A DNA stretch of 64,000 bases from Collinsella sp. GTDB taxonomy: Bacteria > Actinomycetota > Coriobacteriia > Coriobacteriales > Coriobacteriaceae. The stretch spans positions 1,208 to 65,207 of the forward strand of contig DXLQ01000001.1 of NCBI GenBank assembly GCA_019414685.1, read 5' to 3'. The notes under the pieces were generated by a model, which was not told where the DNA came from, searched no databases, and saw only the letters and a list, made by a program, of their open reading frames with translations. Each line of letters starts with the position of its first letter. Within the stretch, counting starts at the first letter, position 1. Both the position numbers and the translations under genes were made by a program. Below, piece after piece: positions 28,716-39,236 of this stretch.

Positions 28716-28829
28716 TCAGCGAGCTCTATCTCTGCTTCATTTGCGCCGCCGCGGTGTCCGGATTCGCCCGGATGCTGCGGCGGCGCTATACTTATACGGT
28801 TTGAAGTACCTGTACCAAAAGGAGCTGTC

Positions 28830-29906
28830 GTGTCCCTTTCCATCGGTATCGTGGGCCTGCCCAACGTGGGCAAGTCGACGCTGTTCACCGCGCTTACCAA
28901 AAAGACCGGCCTTGCCGCCAACTACCCGTTTGCCACGATCGACCCCAACGTGGGTATCGTCGACGTGCCCGATAGCCGCTTGCAAAAGCTTGCCGACATC
29001 GTTAACCCGGGTCGCATTGTGCCGGCGACGGTCGAGTTCGTCGACATCGCAGGTCTGGTGAAGGGCGCTAACGAGGGCGAGGGCCTGGGCAACCAGTTCC
29101 TGGCCAACATTCGCGAGACCGACGCCATCTGCGAGGTCGTGCGCTACTTTAAGGACCCCAACGTCATGCGTGAGGTGGGCCGCACGGGCGAGTTCGTCGA
29201 TCCCGCCGGCGATGCCGACACCATCATGACCGAGCTCATCCTGGCCGACATGGGCACGCTCGAGAAGCAGCTGCCTAAGCTCGAGAAGGAGGCCAAGCGC
29301 GACAAGGAGCTCATGCCCAAGTTCGAGGTTGCCAAGCGCCTGCTTGCCTGGCTCAACGAGGGCAAGCGCGCCGCATCCATGGAGATGACCGACGAGGAGC
29401 GTGCCGCCGCCAAGGGGCTGTTCCTGCTCACCATGAAGCCCATCCTGTATGTGGCCAACGTGGACGAGGATATGCTCAACGACGATCTGGCGCCCATCGA
29501 CGGCGTCAAGCCGCTGCCGATCTGCGCCAAGATCGAGGCCGAGCTTTCCGAGCTCGATCCCGAGGACGCCGCCGACTACCTGGAAAGCCTGGGCCTGGAA
29601 CAGCCCGGTCTGGACGTGCTCGCGCAGGCGGCCTATAAGCTGCTCGGTCTGCAGTCGTTCTTTACGGCCGGCGAGATGGAGGTCAAGGCCTGGACGGTTC
29701 GTCAGGGCGCGACCGCTCCGCAGGCCGCCGGTGTTATCCATACCGACTTTGAGCGCGGCTTTATTAAGGCCGAGGTCATTGGCTACGACGACTACATCGA
29801 GCTCGGCGGCGAGCAGGGCGCCAAGGCCGCCGGCAAGCTGCGTATTGAGGGCAAGGACTATGTCATGGCCGATGGCGACGTCGTGCACTTCCGCTTTAAC
29901 GTGTAA
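28830..29906 (+). CDS. ychF: Redox-regulated ATPase YchF
   Basis: [51 protein letters not shown]. Confidence 0.97.
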   Translation: MSLSIGIVGLPNVGKSTLFTALTKKTGLAANYPFATIDPNVGIVDVPDSRLQKLADIVNPGRIVPATVEFVDIAGLVKGANEGEGLGNQFLANIRETDAICEVVRYFKDPNVMREVGRTGEFVDPAGDADTIMTELILADMGTLEKQLPKLEKEAKRDKELMPKFEVAKRLLAWLNEGKRAASMEMTDEERAAAKGLFLLTMKPILYVANVDEDMLNDDLAPIDGVKPLPICAKIEAELSELDPEDAADYLESLGLEQPGLDVLAQAAYKLLGLQSFFTAGEMEVKAWTVRQGATAPQAAGVIHTDFERGFIKAEVIGYDDYIELGGEQGAKAAGKLRIEGKDYVMADGDVVHFRFNV

Positions 29907-29917
29907 GGGCGACGCAT

Positions 29918-30301
29918 ATGTTTAAATACGGCAAAAAAGCTGGGTACATGGGTATTGCGCTGCTCGTACTTGCGGTGATCCCGCTGGTGGTTGCAGCGTG
30001 TGTTATCCCCAACATTGGCCCCGAGGTGGCAACGAAGTTTAACGCCGCCGGCGAGGTGACGCGCTGGGGCAAGAGCTACGAGCTGTTGGCGCTGCCGGTA
30101 CTCAATCTGCTGCTGAGCGTGGCGACGTACTTTACGGCGGGACGCCAGGCAAAAAATAATGATGACTCCGCCGCCATGGCGCGCATCGTGTGCGAGCGCT
30201 ACCTGCGCAACGGTTGCATCACGGGTGTGTTCCTCAACGTGATCAACGTTTACTTTATGTACTCGGCGATTACTGGAACGGGCTTTGGCTTTGGTTTCTA
30301 G
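29918..30301 (+). CDS. DUF1648-type membrane protein
   Basis: TM - P..VATKFNAAGEVTRWGKS - TM pattern. Confidence 0.7.
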   Translation: MFKYGKKAGYMGIALLVLAVIPLVVAACVIPNIGPEVATKFNAAGEVTRWGKSYELLALPVLNLLLSVATYFTAGRQAKNNDDSAAMARIVCERYLRNGCITGVFLNVINVYFMYSAITGTGFGFGF

Positions 30302-30310
30302 CTTGTCCTT

Positions 30311-30700
30311 TTAGGCAACGAGCCTGCACGCATATTCAATGGCTGCTGCGAGGCCGCCGCTCGATCGTGGTTTAAAGACCATGTCGGCGGCGGCCTCGTT
30401 TTCGTATCCGGCGCCGCGAAGGGCGAGTGCGATACCGGCTTCCAGGAGAAGGGGCAGACCGCGTTGGCTGGTTGCGATCACGGCAGCCTGATTGAGCGAG
30501 CAGCTGTGCGCTTGGCATTGGATGGCAAGTTCACCTTGCGCCGGGCAAGGGACCAGAATGGCGGCGACGCGACTTGATAGCAATGCAAATGCCGTGCGCT
30601 CATCGGGCGAAAGGGCTTCTGCTTCAACGACGACGAGCTTGGGCGGTGCGCTGTTTGTGCGAAGCGTGGCTCGGTACATGCGGACCGAAGAACCCGACAT
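30311..30700 (-). CDS. Hypothetical protein with degenerate HAD-like C-terminus
   Basis: CAGGAG SD before ATG 30700; ends AADMVF...GGLAAAIEY like Cof/KdsC C-termini, no DxD motif. Confidence 0.55.
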   Translation of the reverse strand: MSGSSVRMYRATLRTNSAPPKLVVVEAEALSPDERTAFALLSSRVAAILVPCPAQGELAIQCQAHSCSLNQAAVIATSQRGLPLLLEAGIALALRGAGYENEAAADMVFKPRSSGGLAAAIEYACRLVA

Positions 30701-30723
30701 AGAAAACTCCTGTGTATTCGGCA

Positions 30724-30747
30724 AAACGTAAACTATAGTTTACGTTT
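30724..30747. promoter_or_regulatory. Perfect 24-bp palindrome, candidate XRE operator
   Basis: AAACGTAAACTATAGTTTACGTTT between divergent genes. Confidence 0.7.
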
Positions 30748-30776
30748 ATGTTCGGCTCCATTTCAAACTCGGCTGC

Positions 30777-30995
30777 ATGGACGAACGTGCGAAACAGATT
30801 CTTGGCAGGCGGGTCGAAGAGACACGCAGGGACCTTGGTATCTCCAAGGTTGATTTTTGTGTGGCGACAGGAATCAGCCGACCCTACCTCGATCGAATCG
30901 AAGATGGGACGGCAAATTTCACGCTCAAGGTTCTATTTAAGATCGCGCCCGCACTCGGCATGACGGTGTCAGAGCTTCTCGAGGGCATCGAATAG
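30777..30995 (+). CDS. XRE-family helix-turn-helix regulator
   Basis: LGRRVEETRRDLGIS....TGISRPYLDRIEDGTANFTL..L..IA.ALG...SELL. Confidence 0.88.
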   Translation: MDERAKQILGRRVEETRRDLGISKVDFCVATGISRPYLDRIEDGTANFTLKVLFKIAPALGMTVSELLEGIE

Positions 30996-31017
30996 GGGAT
31001 ACCCGTCGACAACTGAA

Positions 31018-32031
31018 TTACGCCATCGGGATACGGTCGTGGTTGACTTGGCTGTAGAACAGGCGCTGGATCTCGGCGGCATCGCGTGACTGGCCGAGCG
31101 CCCACATGGTTTTGGCCACGAGCGTCTCGGTGGTCATATCGTCGCCGCGCAAAATACCCGGATGATCGGCGTAAGCTCGGCCGACCTCATAAACACCCAG
31201 GTCAAGGCCCTCCTCGGGGACCTGCGTGGTCATAACGACGGTGCGACCCGAATCGACCCAGCGGAAAATTGCCTCTTGGAACGAATCGCCGGACTCGCCA
31301 AACTCGGGAATACCGCCAATGCCAAAGGTCTCAAGAATTACAGCATCGTAGCTATCGGCTAGGGCGTCCAGGATACCCGGGTTCACGCCGGGCGTCAGCT
31401 TAAGGACAAATACGCGCGGATTGATACTGTCGTAGAAACGCACCGGGCTCTCATTCTGATGAGTGCCGTGAAGCCCGTTGCGCACAATGCGGTCGTTGCG
31501 GATGTAGGCAATGGGCGGATAGTTGACGCTAATGAACGCGTTAAAGCTCATGGTGCGCTGCTTGCGGGCGCGCGTGCCAGCAATGGCGACGCCGCCAAAC
31601 ACGATCGAAACGTCGTGCGAATGCTCGTCGAGCGCATAGAGCAGGCTCTGGTACAGGTTGAGCTTGGCGTCGGTAAAGGGATTGCCCATGGGCTTTTGCG
31701 AGCCGGTGAGCACGATAGGCTTAGGGCTGTCCTGAATCAGATAGGAAAGCGCCGCCGCGGTGTAGCTCATGGTGTCGGTGCCGTGTAGAATCACGAATCC
31801 GTCGTGGTCGGCATAGCCCTTGACGATGACGTCGCGGATACACATCCAGTCGCTGGGGCGCATGTTGGTGCTGTCGATGTTCATGGGCTGCACGACGTCG
31901 AGCTCGCAGAGGCCCGAGATCTCGGGGACGCTCTGGGCGAGCTCCTCACCGGTCAGGGCGGGGGAGAGGCCGTTGCCGTCCTCGGTCGATGCGATGGTGC
32001 CGCCCGTGGCGATGAGAAGGATGCGCTTCAT
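31018..32031 (-). CDS. ansA: L-asparaginase type I
   Basis: IATGGTIAS, DSTNM, HGTDTM, LTGSQ. Confidence 0.93.
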   Translation of the reverse strand: MKRILLIATGGTIASTEDGNGLSPALTGEELAQSVPEISGLCELDVVQPMNIDSTNMRPSDWMCIRDVIVKGYADHDGFVILHGTDTMSYTAAALSYLIQDSPKPIVLTGSQKPMGNPFTDAKLNLYQSLLYALDEHSHDVSIVFGGVAIAGTRARKQRTMSFNAFISVNYPPIAYIRNDRIVRNGLHGTHQNESPVRFYDSINPRVFVLKLTPGVNPGILDALADSYDAVILETFGIGGIPEFGESGDSFQEAIFRWVDSGRTVVMTTQVPEEGLDLGVYEVGRAYADHPGILRGDDMTTETLVAKTMWALGQSRDAAEIQRLFYSQVNHDRIPMA

Positions 32032-32105
32032 GCTGGTATTCCTATCGTATTTGCCGCCGCAGAGGCGGAGTCGTTCGGCAGTATTGTGGCACAGGGCGTC
32101 CAATG

Positions 32106-32138
32106 TTCAAACGTATTACATCATCTGTAACGTTTGAA
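32106..32138. promoter_or_regulatory. Inverted repeat in the ansA/guaA divergent intergenic region
   Basis: TTCAAACGT...ACGTTTGAA with inner TTACA/TGTAA. Confidence 0.4.
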
Positions 32139-32298
32139 AACACTTCAATTGCCGTCAAACAGGGGCCCAGGTCGTGCGTTTGCCGTGCGCTGATGGCTGC
32201 GAGGGGCGAGAAACCCCATATAACGTGTACACTATGAAGGCTATTTTCGTTCATTCACGCGGGTGGGCACCGGCTCCCCGCCAACAAGAGGGGGAACC

Positions 32299-33897
32299 AT
32301 GGATCAAAAGGCTTCCGCAAAGGTCCTCGTACTCGACTTTGGTGCGCAGTACGGTCAGCTCATTGCCCGTCGCGTCCGCGACCTCAACGTGTATTCCGAG
32401 ATTGTCCCCTGCGACATCTCGGCCGACGAGATTCGCGAGATGAACGCCTCTGCGCTCATCCTTTCCGGCGGTCCGGCTTCCGTGTATGCCGAGGACGCTC
32501 CGTCTATAGATCCCGCCATCTTTGACCTGGGCCTTCCCGTCCTGGGCTTCTGCTACGGCCATCAGATCACGGCCGTGACGCTCGGCGGCAAGGTCGGCCA
32601 CTCCGAGGTGGGCGAGTACGGCCGCGCCACCATCACGCGCACGGCCGGCGCCAAGCTCTTTAACTCCACGCCCATGGAGCAGACCGTGTGGATGAGCCAC
32701 CGCGACGCCGTTTCCGAGGTGCCCGAGGGCTTTACCGTTACCGCCAGCACTGACGTGTGCCCGGTTGCCGCCATGGAGTGCGTCGAGCGCAAGATTTTCA
32801 CCACGCAGTTCCACCCCGAGGTCAAGCACTCCGAGTATGGTCAGCAGCTGCTGAGCAACTTCCTGTTTGAGATCTGCGGCCTGGAGCCCAACTGGAGCAT
32901 GGACAACCTGGTCGAGACCATGACGGCCGAGTTCCGCGAGAAGGTCGGCGACGACCGCGTGATTCTGGCCCTGTCCGGTGGCGTCGACTCCTCCGTCGTG
33001 GCTGCGCTGGGTGCTCGCGCCGTGGGCAAGCAGATGACCTGCGTGTTCATCAACCACGGCCTGCTGCGCAAGGGCGAGCCTGAGCAGGTGGAGGAGGTCT
33101 TCACCAAGCAGTTTGACGTCGACTTTATCCACGTCCACGCCGAGGACCGTTATGCCGAGCTTCTGGCCGGTGTGACCGAGCCCGAGGAGAAGCGCCGCAT
33201 CATCGGTACGCAGTTCTGGAAAGAGTTCTTCGCCGTGGCGCAGCAGCTCGAGTCCGATGGCAAGCCGGTCAAGTACCTGGCTCAGGGCACCATCTACCCC
33301 GACATCATCGAGTCCGGCGCTCGCAAGACGGGCGGCAAGACGGCCACCATCAAGAGCCATCACAACCTGATCCCGTTCCCCGAGGGCGTGCACTTCGACC
33401 TCATCGAGCCGCTCGACCACTTCTTTAAGGACGAGGTCCGCGCGCTTGGTCTGGCACTGGGCCTGCCGGGTCACATCGTGTTCCGCCAGCCTTTCCCGGG
33501 CCCGGGTCTTGCCATCCGCATCATCGGTGCGGTCGACAAGGAGAAACTCGAGATCCTCAAGAACGCCGACGCTATCGCGCGCGAGGAGCTGGATGCCTAC
33601 AACCAGCGCCTGTTTGAGCAGACCGGCGAGCGCAACTCCGAGCACAGCTGCTGGCAGTATTTCGCGGTTCTGCCCGACATTAAGTCCGTCGGCGTTATGG
33701 GCGACGAGCGCACCTACCAGCGTCCGATCATCCTGCGTGCCGTCGAGTCCAGCGATGCCATGACCGCCGACTGGGCCAAACTGCCTTACGACGTCCTGGC
33801 CCGCATCTCCGGCCGCATCGTTGCTGAGGTCCCCGGCGCCAACCGCGTGTGCTACGACATCACGTCTAAGCCGCCCGCGACGATCGAGTGGGAGTAG
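32299..33897 (+). CDS. guaA: GMP synthase (glutamine-hydrolysing)
   Basis: DFGAQY, GFCYGHQ, QFHPEV, LSGGVDS, IKSHHN, DITSKPPATIEWE. Confidence 0.98.
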   Translation: MDQKASAKVLVLDFGAQYGQLIARRVRDLNVYSEIVPCDISADEIREMNASALILSGGPASVYAEDAPSIDPAIFDLGLPVLGFCYGHQITAVTLGGKVGHSEVGEYGRATITRTAGAKLFNSTPMEQTVWMSHRDAVSEVPEGFTVTASTDVCPVAAMECVERKIFTTQFHPEVKHSEYGQQLLSNFLFEICGLEPNWSMDNLVETMTAEFREKVGDDRVILALSGGVDSSVVAALGARAVGKQMTCVFINHGLLRKGEPEQVEEVFTKQFDVDFIHVHAEDRYAELLAGVTEPEEKRRIIGTQFWKEFFAVAQQLESDGKPVKYLAQGTIYPDIIESGARKTGGKTATIKSHHNLIPFPEGVHFDLIEPLDHFFKDEVRALGLALGLPGHIVFRQPFPGPGLAIRIIGAVDKEKLEILKNADAIAREELDAYNQRLFEQTGERNSEHSCWQYFAVLPDIKSVGVMGDERTYQRPIILRAVESSDAMTADWAKLPYDVLARISGRIVAEVPGANRVCYDITSKPPATIEWE

Positions 33898-34011
33898 GCT
33901 GACAGGGTTCTGACCTGCACTTTTGAGTGCCGCACTGTGCTCCTGAGTTTCGTTTCGTACGAGAGTTACGGCAAAGCCACCAGCGATAATGGTGAGTAAA
34001 TACGATAATCT

Positions 34012-34046
34012 AGCCTCTGTTTCCGCGTCGGAACGGAGGCTTTTTC
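34012..34046 (+). terminator. Intrinsic terminator downstream of guaA
   Basis: AGCCTCTGTT-TCCG / CGGAACGGAGGCT plus TTTTC. Confidence 0.7.
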
Positions 34047-34154
34047 TTTGCCTTTTTACTCCCCCCCTTTTACCTGCGATTTCGCGATTTACTCCCCGTG
34101 TTTCAAGATGGAAGCGTTTGGTTGCGAGGCGCTCCGGTGTGAGGGCCTGAGTCG

Positions 34155-35591
34155 TCAGGCCCCGCACAGGGGGACCGCGATGGTGGCCACCGCGCCGCCC
34201 GAGGGGCTGTTGGCGAGCGAGACGGAGCCCCCGTGGGCGCTCGCGGCCTCGGCGGCGGCGTGGAGGCCGAGCCCGTAGTGGCGGCCTCCGTCGCGCGAGG
34301 AGCGGGAGGAGTCGTCTGTGAAGAGGCGCTCACAGCCGCGTTCGAGGGCGGCGGGAGAGAAGCCCGGTCCGTCGTCGGCCACCTCGATGACGAGGTGGCC
34401 GCCCTCGACGTCGCAGGAGACCGCCACGCGCGAGCGCGCGTGCTCGGCGGCGTTGGCCACGAGGTTCGCGGCGGCTCGCGCCAGGGCGGTTCGGTCGAGC
34501 GGGGCCTCGGGCGCGCCCGCGACAGCAGGGCCCGTGGTCGCGTCGAGCGTCACGCCTCGCGCCCGGGTGATCTGGGCGGCCTCGGCGAGGACCTGCTCGC
34601 AGAGCTCGGCCGGCCGCATGGGGGCCCTCTCCGCCCCGCCGGACCCGCGCGAGGCCTCGATGAGCAGGCGCACGTAGCCGTCGAGCCTTTCGACACTGCC
34701 GGCTATGTCGCGCGCGGCCGCCGCGAGGTCGGCGTCTTTCTCGTCTTCCAGCTCCTCCGCCACGAAGTCGGCGTTGGCGCGCAGCACGGTGAGCGGCGTC
34801 TTGAGGTCGTGGGCGAGCGACGCCACCTGCTCGCGCTGCCCCCGCTCCGCGGCCCAGCGGGCCTCGAGCGACTCGGCGAGGGAGGTCCGCATGGCGTCCA
34901 TCGCGGCGAGGACGTCGTTCACCTCGCGCACGTTAGTGCTGCCGACCGCGAAGTCGAGATCCCCCGCGCCGACGCGCCCCGCTGCCTCCGCGAGCGGCGC
35001 CATCTTGCGCGAGATCACGCGGCTCGCACGGCGCGCCACGAGCGCGAGCGCGAGCGCGCTTCCCGCAGCGGCGCCGACGAGCATGAGGTTCTGTGGGTTG
35101 GGAAGCAGGCCGGCGAGCCCGCGCGAGACCCACTGCGGCAGGTACTCGCTGACGAGTGCGCAGGCCCCGCCGCCCTTGAGCGGGAACGCGGCGTAGGTGA
35201 GGCCCGAGCCTCCGCCCTCGATCTCCACTGTGCCCGGATCCGCGGCGAGTGCCGCACGGGCCATTTCCGCCGCGCCCTCGAGCCGCGTGCCCTCGAGGTC
35301 TGTCATCAGCACGTATCCGTCCTTATTCAGGATGAGGTAGCGGTACGCCGTCGGCACGTCCTGCTGCCCGCAGACGCCGTCGCGTGCCAGGCCCTCCGCG
35401 ACCTCGCGCGCATTGGCCGGCCCCCAGCTTGCCTCGTAGACGAAGCCCGCGTTGATCGCCGCGGAGAGCGCCATGAACGAGGCGAGCCACGCCGTGGCGA
35501 CCGCCGCGAACGCGTAGGCGAAGTAGCGCGCGATGACGAAGGAGAGCGGCATGCCCCCGCGACCTCGCGCCCCGGTCCTCAAAGCTGCCAC
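34155..35591 (-). CDS. HAMP-domain sensor histidine kinase (SpaK/NisK-like)
   Basis: Two TM segments, HAMP, LAHDLKTPL H-box, NLVANA, DDGPGF, HYGLGL. Confidence 0.92.
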   Translation of the reverse strand: MAALRTGARGRGGMPLSFVIARYFAYAFAAVATAWLASFMALSAAINAGFVYEASWGPANAREVAEGLARDGVCGQQDVPTAYRYLILNKDGYVLMTDLEGTRLEGAAEMARAALAADPGTVEIEGGGSGLTYAAFPLKGGGACALVSEYLPQWVSRGLAGLLPNPQNLMLVGAAAGSALALALVARRASRVISRKMAPLAEAAGRVGAGDLDFAVGSTNVREVNDVLAAMDAMRTSLAESLEARWAAERGQREQVASLAHDLKTPLTVLRANADFVAEELEDEKDADLAAAARDIAGSVERLDGYVRLLIEASRGSGGAERAPMRPAELCEQVLAEAAQITRARGVTLDATTGPAVAGAPEAPLDRTALARAAANLVANAAEHARSRVAVSCDVEGGHLVIEVADDGPGFSPAALERGCERLFTDDSSRSSRDGGRHYGLGLHAAAEAASAHGGSVSLANSPSGGAVATIAVPLCGA

Positions 35592-36241
35592 TTGTACCCC
35601 ATCCCCCAGACGGTCGCGATCGGATCGGCGCCGGCCTCGGAGAGTTTCCTCCGGGCGCGGCTGACCTGCATGGATATGGCCGCGTCGTCGGCGTCGCTCT
35701 CCCAGCCGAGCACCGCCTCGCGGATCTGCGCGCGGCTCATGACCTGCCCGGGGTGGCGGGCGAGGTACTCGCAGATGGCGTACTCGGTGGGCGTGAGCGG
35801 CACGGCCTCGTCGCCCACGGCGAGGCCGCGCGCCCCGAGGTCGATCCGCACCTCCCCGAAGGAGAGGGCGTGCGAGCGCGGCCGGCGCTCACGGCGTAGA
35901 TGGGCCGCGACCTTGGCGCGCAGCTCCGCGGCCCCGAAGGGCTTGCGGACGTAGTCGTCGGCGCCCAGGCCGTAGCCGGCCACGGCGTCCTCCTCGGCCA
36001 CGCGCGCGGTCAGGAAGATGATGGGCCCGTCGAAGTCCGGGCGGATCTGCCGCACGAGCTCGAAGCCGTCGAGCCCCGGCATCATGACGTCGCAGAGCAC
36101 GAGGTCGAAGCGCGAGAGGTCCGTCCCCGGGACCGCCGTCGGGTCCGCTGCCTTGACGACCTCGTGGCCGTCGCGGCCGAGGACGCGCGCGAGCGCGTCG
36201 AGGATCGCCCGCTCATCATCCACTGCCAGTATCCTCGCCAT
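35579..36241 (-). CDS. OmpR-family response regulator (SpaR/NisR-like)
   Basis: ILAVDDE, LCDVMMPGLDG, GADDYVRKPF, LTPTEY, TVWGMGY. Confidence 0.93.
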   Translation of the reverse strand: MARILAVDDERAILDALARVLGRDGHEVVKAADPTAVPGTDLSRFDLVLCDVMMPGLDGFELVRQIRPDFDGPIIFLTARVAEEDAVAGYGLGADDYVRKPFGAAELRAKVAAHLRRERRPRSHALSFGEVRIDLGARGLAVGDEAVPLTPTEYAICEYLARHPGQVMSRAQIREAVLGWESDADDAAISMQVSRARRKLSEAGADPIATVWGMGYKWQL

Positions 36242-36286
36242 GTTCGACCTCCTGAAACTCCCGTCGGCATTGTACTTGCGCCGCGC

Positions 36287-36475
36287 TCAGCGGTCCAGAG
36301 CCCCGCGCGCAGCCGCGGGCGCGGGCGCCCACATGGCGATCTCAGGGTTGGGCAGCACGCGGTCGGCGATCGAGCGCGGCGCCGACCCCCAGCCGGCGTC
36401 GAGCAGGGCATTTCCGCCCAGGACGAGCGCTGCGGAGAGGAGGGCGAGCACGGCGGCGAGCGGCTTCCTACGCAT
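36287..36475 (-). CDS. Small exported or membrane peptide, possibly a truncated gene
   Basis: 62 aa, start overlaps lanG-type stop; signal-peptide-like MRRKPLAAVLALLSAALVLGG. Confidence 0.4.
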   Translation of the reverse strand: MRRKPLAAVLALLSAALVLGGNALLDAGWGSAPRSIADRVLPNPEIAMWAPAPAAARGALDR

Positions 36476-37283
36476 CTGCCCTCCCGTCCTCGAAGCGGCA
36501 GAACCAGGCGAGAAGGACGGCGGCGGCTGCCAGGGTGAGCACGAGGCCAGCGAGCGCAGTCGTGAGGAGAGGGCCCGCCGCGCGTGCGGCGTCGATGAAG
36601 GCCTCTACCCCGAGCGACCCCAGGCGCGCGGGCCAGGCGAGCGGCACCCAGCTCAGGGGTGTCGCCAGGGCACCGGTGAGCTCGCCGGTCATGAGGCCGT
36701 GCGCAAGTCCGCCCACTGAGAAGAACGCGAGGAGCATCCCCGCCGCGCCGGCGCCGATAGCGGCGTTGCGGCCGAGGCGCAGGGCCACGCCGAGCCCCAG
36801 CGCGTAGAGGGGCAGGCTGCCCAGCACGATGCCCGCCCAGGCGGCCGCAAGCGGAGCGGGCCCGAGCGGCAGGCGCCCGGCGACGGCGAGCACGGCCCCG
36901 AACACGCCGAGCGCCACGGCCAGCGCGCCCGCGCCGAGCACCGCAAGGGCGAGCAGCTTCGCCGCGACGGCGCGCCCGCGCGAGGGGACCGCCGTGAGGT
37001 TGGCGAGGCGCCCGGCAGCGCGCTCCTCGTCCACGGCGAGCCCGCAGACGATGGCGGACATGAGCGGCATGAGGGCGCCGAGGAACTGGGCGTAGGCGTC
37101 CGCGCCCAGCGCCGGGTCCCATCGGGTTACGGAGAAGTACTCGCCGCAGGCAAGACCGGCTGCCAGGCCGCAGACGAGGTGCACAGCTGCGAGCGGGGAG
37201 CGCGCCAGGCGCAGGGCCTCGGAGAGCAGGGCCCGCGGGAGAGTCATGCGCGGCGTCGGGTCGGGGAGTCGTGTCATGGCCAT
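36468..37283 (-). CDS. Lantibiotic immunity ABC permease, MutG/LanG family
   Basis: Six-TM pattern, SEALRLAR, DEERAAG, GLAHG...WVPLAWPARL, WFCRFE; ATG overlaps upstream TGA. Confidence 0.85.
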   Translation of the reverse strand: MAMTRLPDPTPRMTLPRALLSEALRLARSPLAAVHLVCGLAAGLACGEYFSVTRWDPALGADAYAQFLGALMPLMSAIVCGLAVDEERAAGRLANLTAVPSRGRAVAAKLLALAVLGAGALAVALGVFGAVLAVAGRLPLGPAPLAAAWAGIVLGSLPLYALGLGVALRLGRNAAIGAGAAGMLLAFFSVGGLAHGLMTGELTGALATPLSWVPLAWPARLGSLGVEAFIDAARAAGPLLTTALAGLVLTLAAAAVLLAWFCRFEDGRADA

Positions 37284-38049
37284 CACCTCTCCTCGGAGCG
37301 CGCGAACCAGGCCGCGCCCGCCGCCGTGAGCGCGGCGAACGCGAGCGCGCAGACCGCAAGGCCCGCCAGTGTGAGCATGCCGTCCGCCGCGAGCGCCCCG
37401 CCGAGCGCCATGTCCGCCGCGAGTGGCTCGCCGCTCGGCAGCACGGGGATGAAGCTCGTGGGGATGACCATGCTCGCCGACGGCGGAAAGAGCTGCGGCA
37501 GCGGCACCAGCGACCAGGCGAACCCACCCACGAGCTGCGCGGCGAGCGGGCAGAAGATGCCCGCGAGCATGCCGAGCCGCGCCGTGAGGAAGAGCCCTGC
37601 GGGGATCATCCACGCCGCGGTCACCGTGTTGGCGAGCGCGCAGAGGAGCATCGCGAGCGTGCCCGCGGCCGTGAGGCCCTGCGAGGAGAACGCCGAGCCC
37701 GCGAGGTAGATGCCGAAGACCACGAGGTTCGAGAGCGTGCAAAGCGCGAGGCACCAGAGCGCCTTGGCCCACCAGGCGCGCCCGAGCGGGAAGCCCAGGC
37801 CCAGAAGCCCCCGCATCCGCGTGCGCGCGTCCGCCCGCGCGACGCACGCCACCACGAGCGAGAGAGCCATGGGCAGGAAGAGCGCGTACCAGTAGTTCCA
37901 CGCGCTGAAGATCTGCACGCCCCGGTAGGGCATCGCGCCGAGCAGCGGCATCGGCAGCGCCATGAGCACGGCCAGGCGAACCGGTGCCGCGTGGCGCGAC
38001 TTCAGGGCCTCGGCGCGCAGGCCCGCGAGCAGGCCGCCTTTCTCGCCCG

Positions 38050-38053
<4 letters not shown>
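37283..38053 (-). CDS. Lantibiotic immunity ABC permease, MutE/LanE family
   Basis: AEALKSRH, WNYWYALFLP, AKALW, IPVLPSG, WFARSEER. Confidence 0.85.
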
Positions 38054-38778
<725 letters not shown>

Positions 38779-38869
38779 GGGTTCGTCCTTTCTCTTCCGG
38801 GTGCGCGGGCCGAGTCGCCGTGCCCGTGCGCCTTACCTTTCGGGTTCACCATCCATGGTGGGGCGCGTT

Positions 38870-38886
38870 TCTAACGAAGCTGTAAC
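38870..38886 (-). promoter_or_regulatory. Direct repeat upstream of the lanF-type gene, candidate OmpR-family site
   Basis: Minus strand GTTACA-n5-GTTAGA, 11-bp period. Confidence 0.45.
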
Positions 38887-38973
38887 GGCCGTTGGGCTCT
38901 TTTGGCGCCAGCCCTTTTCGACCCGTACGCCACTCATGGTATGTTTATCGCGATAACAAGGACGGAGGTGCCC

Positions 38974-39016
38974 GTGGCACGCAATAAGTACCCGGAGGAG
39001 ACGGTCGAGAAGATCA
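38974..39016 (+). pseudogene. 5' stub of a TetR-family regulator
   Basis: GGAGGTG SD, GTG, then ARNKYPEETVEKI, after which TetR-like sequence stops abruptly. Confidence 0.55.
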
Positions 39017-39090
39017 GGGGTGACGGCCCAGCGAGTGTTATTTTGCGAGCTAGGCGCATCGAAAGCGACCTTTCGTGGTATAAACTACTT

Positions 39091-39180
39091 GCCGGAAGCC
39101 GCGGCTTTCAGAGTACGGCTTACGTGTACGTTTAACCTCCGTGGGCGACGGGGTGCCGCAAGGCGTAGAATATCGCCCAC
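39091..39180 (+). ncRNA. Candidate type III antitoxin RNA: two tandem H-type pseudoknots
   Basis: PK1 S1 GCCG/CGGC, S2 AAGCCG/CGGCTT; PK2 S1 ACCTC/GGGGT, S2 GTGGGCGA/TCGCCCAC; both L3 loops end AGA(G/A)TA; lies between extended -10 (TGGTATAAA, 39076-39084) and a hairpin. Confidence 0.6.
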
Positions 39181-39185
39181 CTGTA

Positions 39186-39215
39186 GGGGCCTGCAGCGAT
39201 GCGGGCCCCGCTTCG
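39186..39215 (+). terminator. Terminator-like hairpin between candidate antitoxin and toxin
   Basis: GGGGCCTGCA-GCGA-TGCGGGCCCC followed by a weak T-tail (GCTTCGTAT). Confidence 0.6.
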
Positions 39216-39236
39216 TATGAAGGGGGGGCGCAACCG

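Noticed and set aside
36468..37901. 477-aa version of the LanG-type permease and other upstream-extended starts in the ORF track
   Set aside because: Extensions overlap neighbouring genes and lack an SD; shorter starts with SD or stop-start coupling were chosen.
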